Shown piece by piece: positions 7,024 through 11,347 of a stretch of DNA of 11,347 nucleotides. Both the position numbers and the translations under genes were made by a program. This DNA comes from an uncultured Janthinobacterium sp. (GTDB lineage Bacteria; Vulcanimicrobiota; Vulcanimicrobiia; Vulcanimicrobiales; Vulcanimicrobiaceae). The DNA lies in NCBI GenBank assembly GCA_964658025.1, contig CAZZXB010000098.1, positions 1 through 11,347 of the forward strand, in the 5' to 3' direction. A model generated the notes under the pieces. It was given only the letters and a program-made list of their open reading frames with translations. It ran no database searches and was not told the origin of the DNA. The first letter of the stretch is position 1; each line of letters begins with the position of its first letter.

Positions 7024-7701
7024 ATGACATCTGGCCGACCCGTCGCGACGGAGCCCAAGCCGAAGATCGGCGTCGGTCTCGTCGTCGATCGCGAGATCAC
7101 GCGCAGCGCGTATTTCGCGCTCGTCGAGGACGACCCCGAACTACGGGTGCTCGCCCAGGCAACGTCCGCTCGCGAGGGTGAGGCGCTGCTCGCGGTGCCC
7201 GATCTGCGCGTCGTCTTGGTCGCCCTGCCGCTCAGCGAGCCCGCCTCCGATCCTCACGGCGTCGCCTACATCCGGCTCGTGAAGAGCCGTCGGCCCGAAG
7301 TCGGCGTGCTCTCCCTCAAGCGCGACGTCGACGAGCCGCACCTCCGCGCGGCGCTCGACGCGGGCGCCGACGCGTGTTGCATGGCGACGACCCCCGGGAG
7401 TCGCCTCGTCGGCGCGATCAAGGCCGTCGCGTCGGGGGCGACCTGGCTCGATCCCGAGATCTCGAAGATCTTGCTCCATCCCATCCGCTCCAAACCCGGC
7501 ACCGTGATCCCCCATCTCTCGCCCCGCGAGCGGGAGATCCTACGTCTGCTCACGGACGGATATACGAACGAAGAGATCGCCGAACGTCTCCAGTGCGCGC
7601 ATGCCACCGTCAAAACGCACCTCCTGCATCTCTTCCGTAAACTGGACGTGCGGGACCGCGTGAGCGCCGCCGTCTGCGCGCTCCGGAACGGCTTGATCTA
7701 G
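7024..7701 (+). CDS. NarL/FixJ-family transcriptional regulator with LuxR HTH and a degenerate (pseudo-)receiver domain
   Basis: C-terminal LSPREREILRLLTDGYTNEEIAERLQCAHATVKTHLLHLFRKLDVRDR is a LuxR HTH. The receiver scaffold is recognisable (AALDAGA, AIKAVASGATWLDP), but the phosphorylation residues are missing. Confidence 0.9.
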   Translation: MTSGRPVATEPKPKIGVGLVVDREITRSAYFALVEDDPELRVLAQATSAREGEALLAVPDLRVVLVALPLSEPASDPHGVAYIRLVKSRRPEVGVLSLKRDVDEPHLRAALDAGADACCMATTPGSRLVGAIKAVASGATWLDPEISKILLHPIRSKPGTVIPHLSPREREILRLLTDGYTNEEIAERLQCAHATVKTHLLHLFRKLDVRDRVSAAVCALRNGLI

Positions 7702-7764
7702 CGACCCGTCGCCCGAGCGCGCGCTCCGCCCCCCGCCGATACCGTCAGTAAGGAAGAGCACGCG

Positions 7765-9969
7765 TTGTTTCCGATGGCACCCTTCATCGTCGCCGATACG
7801 CCGGCGACGATTTCCGTGCACGACGATCGTGGTGCGGCCGTCGCCCGTGCGACGGCGATCTTCTTCGACGCCGCGGGACGGCGCGATCCGGAGACGACCG
7901 GGGCCGACGGGGTCGCCGCTCCCAGGCCCGGTTTCGCCGCGAACGCCGTCGAGTTCGAGAAACGCGGTTTCCGCTCGGTCCGCGTCTCGCTCGGACCGAC
8001 CGCGCCCCGAACGGTGACGCTCGAACGCGTGCTGCCGACGATCGGATCGGTCTCCGTCGCGACGGGAGCGCAGAAGAACCAGCACGAGCTCCCGCTCGCG
8101 ACCTCGCTCATCGACCGCGGGACGATCGCGCTCTCGCCCGCCGCGACGACCGATCGCCTGCTCCGGAGCCTACCGGGCTTCGATCGCGGCCGCAGCGACA
8201 GCGCCTTCACGAATTACGGTCAGCTCCGCGCCTCGTTCTCGGGCGCGGGGACCGATCGCGGCGTCGTCCTCGTCGACGGCTTCCCCGCTCAGGACGGCTT
8301 CGGCGGCCAGATCGATTACGAAGCCTATCCGACGGACGAAATCGAACGCGCCGAACTCCTGCGCGGCGCGGGCTCGGCGCTCTACGGCTCGGGGGCGATC
8401 GGCGGCGTCCTCGCGATCCAGTCGTTCGCGCCGCAGACCGGAAAGGGCGTCGTGCCGGACGGCCGCGCGGTCGTCGCGCGCGGGACCGACGGCAGCGCCG
8501 ACGACGCGCTCGTGGCGCGCGCTCCGCTCGGCGACGACGTCGGCGTCTCCCTCGCGGCCTCGGACGCGCGTTTTTCGTACGCCGATCTTCCGCCCGCATA
8601 CGCCTCGCCGATCGATCACGTCGCGACCTCGACGAGCGGCGTGACGCATTTCCGCGCGCGCTACGCGCACGACGGAACGACGCTCGACGGCTCGATCCGT
8701 TTCGCGACCGACCATCAGGACGAAGGCCGGACGAATTATTCGTTCGACCGCGAACTGCGCGAGACGGACTTACTCGGAACGCGAACGCTCGGCGGGGCGC
8801 TCGCGCGCTTCGGCTATTACGTGCGCGACGCGTCGGTCTACAATCTCGCCGACCTCTCTCCGACCAAGCCCGGAGCGCTCCGGTATTCGCAACACGTGCC
8901 GACCGACGAGAACGGATTCTTCGGTACGCTCGCGGAGACGTTCGGCCCGGCCGAACTCGAAGTGCTCGTCGATCAGCGGCGCGTCGACGGCCGCAGCGAG
9001 CAGTACGGTCCGACGGGCGCGACGCAGGCGCTCGGCACGGGCGTCGCGCTCTCGCAGGGCGTCGGATTGCAGGCGACGCTCCACGCGAAGCACGGCGAGC
9101 TCTTGCTCGGCGGACGCGCGGACCGCGAGCGCTACGACGACCTCTCGCTCACCTCGAGTTCGATGGGCGTCGTCACGCCGACCGTCCTCGGCGGACGCGA
9201 CGTCGGCGCGATCTCGCCGCGCGCCGCACTCCGGTACGATCTCTCGTCGCGCGTGGCGTTACGCGTCTCGAGCGGCGGCGGCTTCCGCGCGCCGTACCTC
9301 AACGAACTCGTGCGCGGCTTCAACGTCGGCTCGCTCGTGATGGCGCCGAACCCGCGACTCGTCCCCGAACGGAGTCGGACGGATTCCGCGGGCGTCGACG
9401 TGTTGCTCGGAAGCGGTCGGCTCTCGTTCGACGCGCTCGAGACGCGCGTGACCAACGCGATCGCGTTCGTCACGATCACGCCGGGCGCGCTGATGCGGCG
9501 CGCGAACGTCGACCGCACGCAGACCGACGGCGAGACGCTCTCGTACGCGCAACCGATCGGAACGTGCACGCGCGTCCGCGCGTCGGGGACGACGCAGTAC
9601 GCCCGCGTGCTCGCGGGTCCGGCGGGCTCGATCGGCAAGCGGCTCACGCTCGTCCCCGACCGCTCGGCGAGTCTCGGCATCGACGGCGGAACGGTCGGTC
9701 CCATCTCGTATTCGGTCGACGGGTCGTACGTCGGACAGACGTATTACGACGACCTCAACACCGAACCGCTCGGCGCGGCGCTCCTCTTCGGCGCGACGAT
9801 CCGCGCGACGACCGCGTCGGGCGTGTCGATCGCCCTCTCGAGCGACAACATCACGAACCAGCGCTTCCTCGCGAACATCGATCGTTACGGCGAACCGCTC
9901 ACCGTCGGTCTGCGACTCGGAGTTCCGCTCGGACCCGTCGAACGTCGTCCGGCGGGCTGTTCGCTCTAG
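7765..9969 (+). CDS. TonB-dependent outer membrane receptor with N-terminal extension
   Basis: Plug motifs LLRSLPG, VVLVDGFP and IERAELLRGAGSALYGSGAIGGV; barrel motifs SPRAALRY, GFRAPYLNEL, PNPRLVPERS and DNITN. TTG start follows AAGGAAG; ATG at 7774 is an alternative. Confidence 0.9.
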   Translation: MFPMAPFIVADTPATISVHDDRGAAVARATAIFFDAAGRRDPETTGADGVAAPRPGFAANAVEFEKRGFRSVRVSLGPTAPRTVTLERVLPTIGSVSVATGAQKNQHELPLATSLIDRGTIALSPAATTDRLLRSLPGFDRGRSDSAFTNYGQLRASFSGAGTDRGVVLVDGFPAQDGFGGQIDYEAYPTDEIERAELLRGAGSALYGSGAIGGVLAIQSFAPQTGKGVVPDGRAVVARGTDGSADDALVARAPLGDDVGVSLAASDARFSYADLPPAYASPIDHVATSTSGVTHFRARYAHDGTTLDGSIRFATDHQDEGRTNYSFDRELRETDLLGTRTLGGALARFGYYVRDASVYNLADLSPTKPGALRYSQHVPTDENGFFGTLAETFGPAELEVLVDQRRVDGRSEQYGPTGATQALGTGVALSQGVGLQATLHAKHGELLLGGRADRERYDDLSLTSSSMGVVTPTVLGGRDVGAISPRAALRYDLSSRVALRVSSGGGFRAPYLNELVRGFNVGSLVMAPNPRLVPERSRTDSAGVDVLLGSGRLSFDALETRVTNAIAFVTITPGALMRRANVDRTQTDGETLSYAQPIGTCTRVRASGTTQYARVLAGPAGSIGKRLTLVPDRSASLGIDGGTVGPISYSVDGSYVGQTYYDDLNTEPLGAALLFGATIRATTASGVSIALSSDNITNQRFLANIDRYGEPLTVGLRLGVPLGPVERRPAGCSL

Positions 9970-10028
9970 TGTTCCGCACCGGCGACGCCGCTCGAACCAC
10001 CCCGCCACGGCTCCGTGGAGGTCCTCAC

Positions 10029-10514
10029 GTGCGCACGCTCCCACTCGCCTCCGTCCTCTCGATCCTCGCCGCCGGCGGTTTCGCGGGTGCGCCCGTCGCG
10101 GCGGCGACGGGCGCGACGCCCGGCGTCTGCTCGCTCATGGCGCGCGACGACGTCGCGCACTTCACGGGATGGGAGATCGCGAGCGTCAGCAAACGCCGTT
10201 ATTCGATCCAGGGCGCGACGGGTCGCATGTGCACGATCGAGTCGTCCCAGGGCAACATCTTCGTCATCTTACCGGACGCGGGGATGCCGTTCCCCGATGC
10301 GGGCGCCGCGTCTTCGAACGGGAGCTTGGCGGCGGTCACGTCGCACTTCAGCGATCGCGGGATCCCCGTTTCGATCTATCGCGGAACGGCGTTCTTCGCG
10401 CTCGGCTCGCAGGACGTCGCGGTGCGCGTCGTGCCGACCGATCACGACGCCTCGAACGCGGAAGTCGAACCGCTCGCGCGGGCGCTCATCGCACGCGCCG
10501 GACGGAAACGCTAA
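10029..10514 (+). CDS. Exported hypothetical protein (161 aa) with two Cys
   Basis: GGAGG RBS 7 nt before GTG 10029, in the frame of track ORF 9564..10514. Signal peptide MRTLPLASVLSILAAGGFAGAPVAAA, then VCSLMARDDVAHFTG...RMCTI. Confidence 0.72.
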   Translation: MRTLPLASVLSILAAGGFAGAPVAAATGATPGVCSLMARDDVAHFTGWEIASVSKRRYSIQGATGRMCTIESSQGNIFVILPDAGMPFPDAGAASSNGSLAAVTSHFSDRGIPVSIYRGTAFFALGSQDVAVRVVPTDHDASNAEVEPLARALIARAGRKR

Positions 10515-10545
10515 CGCCCGCGCGCGCGTTCGTCCCCGCCGTGCG

Positions 10546-11202
10546 ATGAGCGCGTTCTCCGACGCGGAACGCGCCGCCGTCTATCGCGCGATCGCCGAAC
10601 GTCGCGACGTCCGTTCGAACTTCACGACCGAGGACGTGCCGGACGACGTGCTCGCACGGATCCTGGCGGCCGGCCACATGGCGCCTTCCGTCGGCTTCTC
10701 GCAGCCGTGGCGCTTCATCGTCGCCCGCGATCCCGCGACGCGACGGGCGGTTCGCGCTTCGTTTCTCGGCGAGAGCGAACGCGTCGCGAACGCGTACGAC
10801 GACGATCGCGCGACGGCGTATCGAACGCTCCGACTCGAAGGGCTCGAGACGGCACCGCTCGGGATCTGCGTGATCTCCGACGAGCGTCCGGAGACGGGTC
10901 ACGGCCTCGGCCGGCGTTCGATGCCCGAGACCGCGCGCTATTCGACGGTCTGCGCGATCGCGAATATGTGGCTCGCGGCGCGCGCCGAAGGCGTCGGCGT
11001 CGGCTGGGTGAGCATCCTCGACCCGAGCGATCTGCGCGCGTTATTCGGCGTTCCCGAACGTTTCGCGATCGTCGCGTACCTCTGCCTCGGGTACGTCGAC
11101 GCGTTCGCCGATCGCCCCGATCTCGAACGCGCCGGCTGGGAGCGACGCCTCCCGCTCGCGGACGTCGTCTCGTACGAGCGCTTCGAAAGCCGAGCGAGTT
11201 GA
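10546..11202 (+). CDS. bluB: 5,6-dimethylbenzimidazole synthase (flavin destructase, nitroreductase family)
   Basis: ERRDVR, APSVGFSQPWRF, LRLEGL, GLGRRSMPE, YSTVCAIANMWLAARAEGVGVGWVS. The likely start is ATG 10546, within track ORF 10015..11202. Confidence 0.92.
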   Translation: MSAFSDAERAAVYRAIAERRDVRSNFTTEDVPDDVLARILAAGHMAPSVGFSQPWRFIVARDPATRRAVRASFLGESERVANAYDDDRATAYRTLRLEGLETAPLGICVISDERPETGHGLGRRSMPETARYSTVCAIANMWLAARAEGVGVGWVSILDPSDLRALFGVPERFAIVAYLCLGYVDAFADRPDLERAGWERRLPLADVVSYERFESRAS

Positions 11203-11347
11203 CGTCGCCACCCGCACCCGCGCGGAAACGCCCGTCGTTATCGAAGCGCGAGGTCCGTTCGATCGGCCCCCGCGCCCGTGTCGGTAACGCCGACGTAAGC
11301 GATCCGATTGCAGATCGCGCGAAATCTACGACTCGACGTACGCGATA

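Noticed and set aside
7702..7764. Cobalamin riboswitch upstream of the receptor or bluB
   Set aside because: The gaps are only 63, 59 and 31 nt and no B12-box is recognisable.
7699..7767. Regulator and TonB receptor share a frame separated by a single TAG (possible readthrough fusion)
   Set aside because: A shared frame occurs one time in three by chance, the regulator ends at the normal LuxR C-terminus, the receptor has its own RBS, and the fusion makes no topological sense.
9564..10545. Long N-terminal extensions of track ORFs 9564..10514 and 10015..11202
   Set aside because: They overlap neighbouring genes. Better starts are GTG 10029 (RBS plus signal peptide) and ATG 10546 (start of BluB similarity).
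11203..11347. Short hairpins and a possible 3' end of a convergent gene (IAYVES-stop, stop at 11326-11328)
   Set aside because: Stems are only 5-6 bp and only about seven codons are visible, too little to support a call.
1..11347. CRISPR arrays, tRNA/rRNA, mobile elements, lanmodulin-type EF-hand proteins
   Set aside because: No spaced repeats, RNA gene signatures, transposase or integrase motifs, or repeated EF-hand loops were seen; frequent CGCG and TCGA words reflect base composition.

Overview
A GC-rich bacterial window built around a lanthanide-dependent methanol oxidation locus. The minus strand carries xoxF (PQQ methanol dehydrogenase with the lanthanide-type W-D-Y-D-G motif), xoxJ, an atypical beta-hydroxyacid-type NAD(P) dehydrogenase, a DUF5069-like protein and a monoheme cytochrome c. 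After a strong hairpin come an alpha/beta hydrolase, an exported TlpA-like thioredoxin and an exported hypothetical protein that runs off the left edge and is absent from the ORF track. The plus strand, divergent from xoxF, carries a NarL/LuxR regulator with a degenerate receiver domain, a TonB-dependent receptor, a small exported protein and bluB. The most interesting feature is the pair of cytoplasmic genes (dehydrogenase plus DUF5069-like) lying between xoxJ and the cytochrome, which may be an undescribed formaldehyde-handling module. All family assignments come from reading motifs by eye; no database searches were run.
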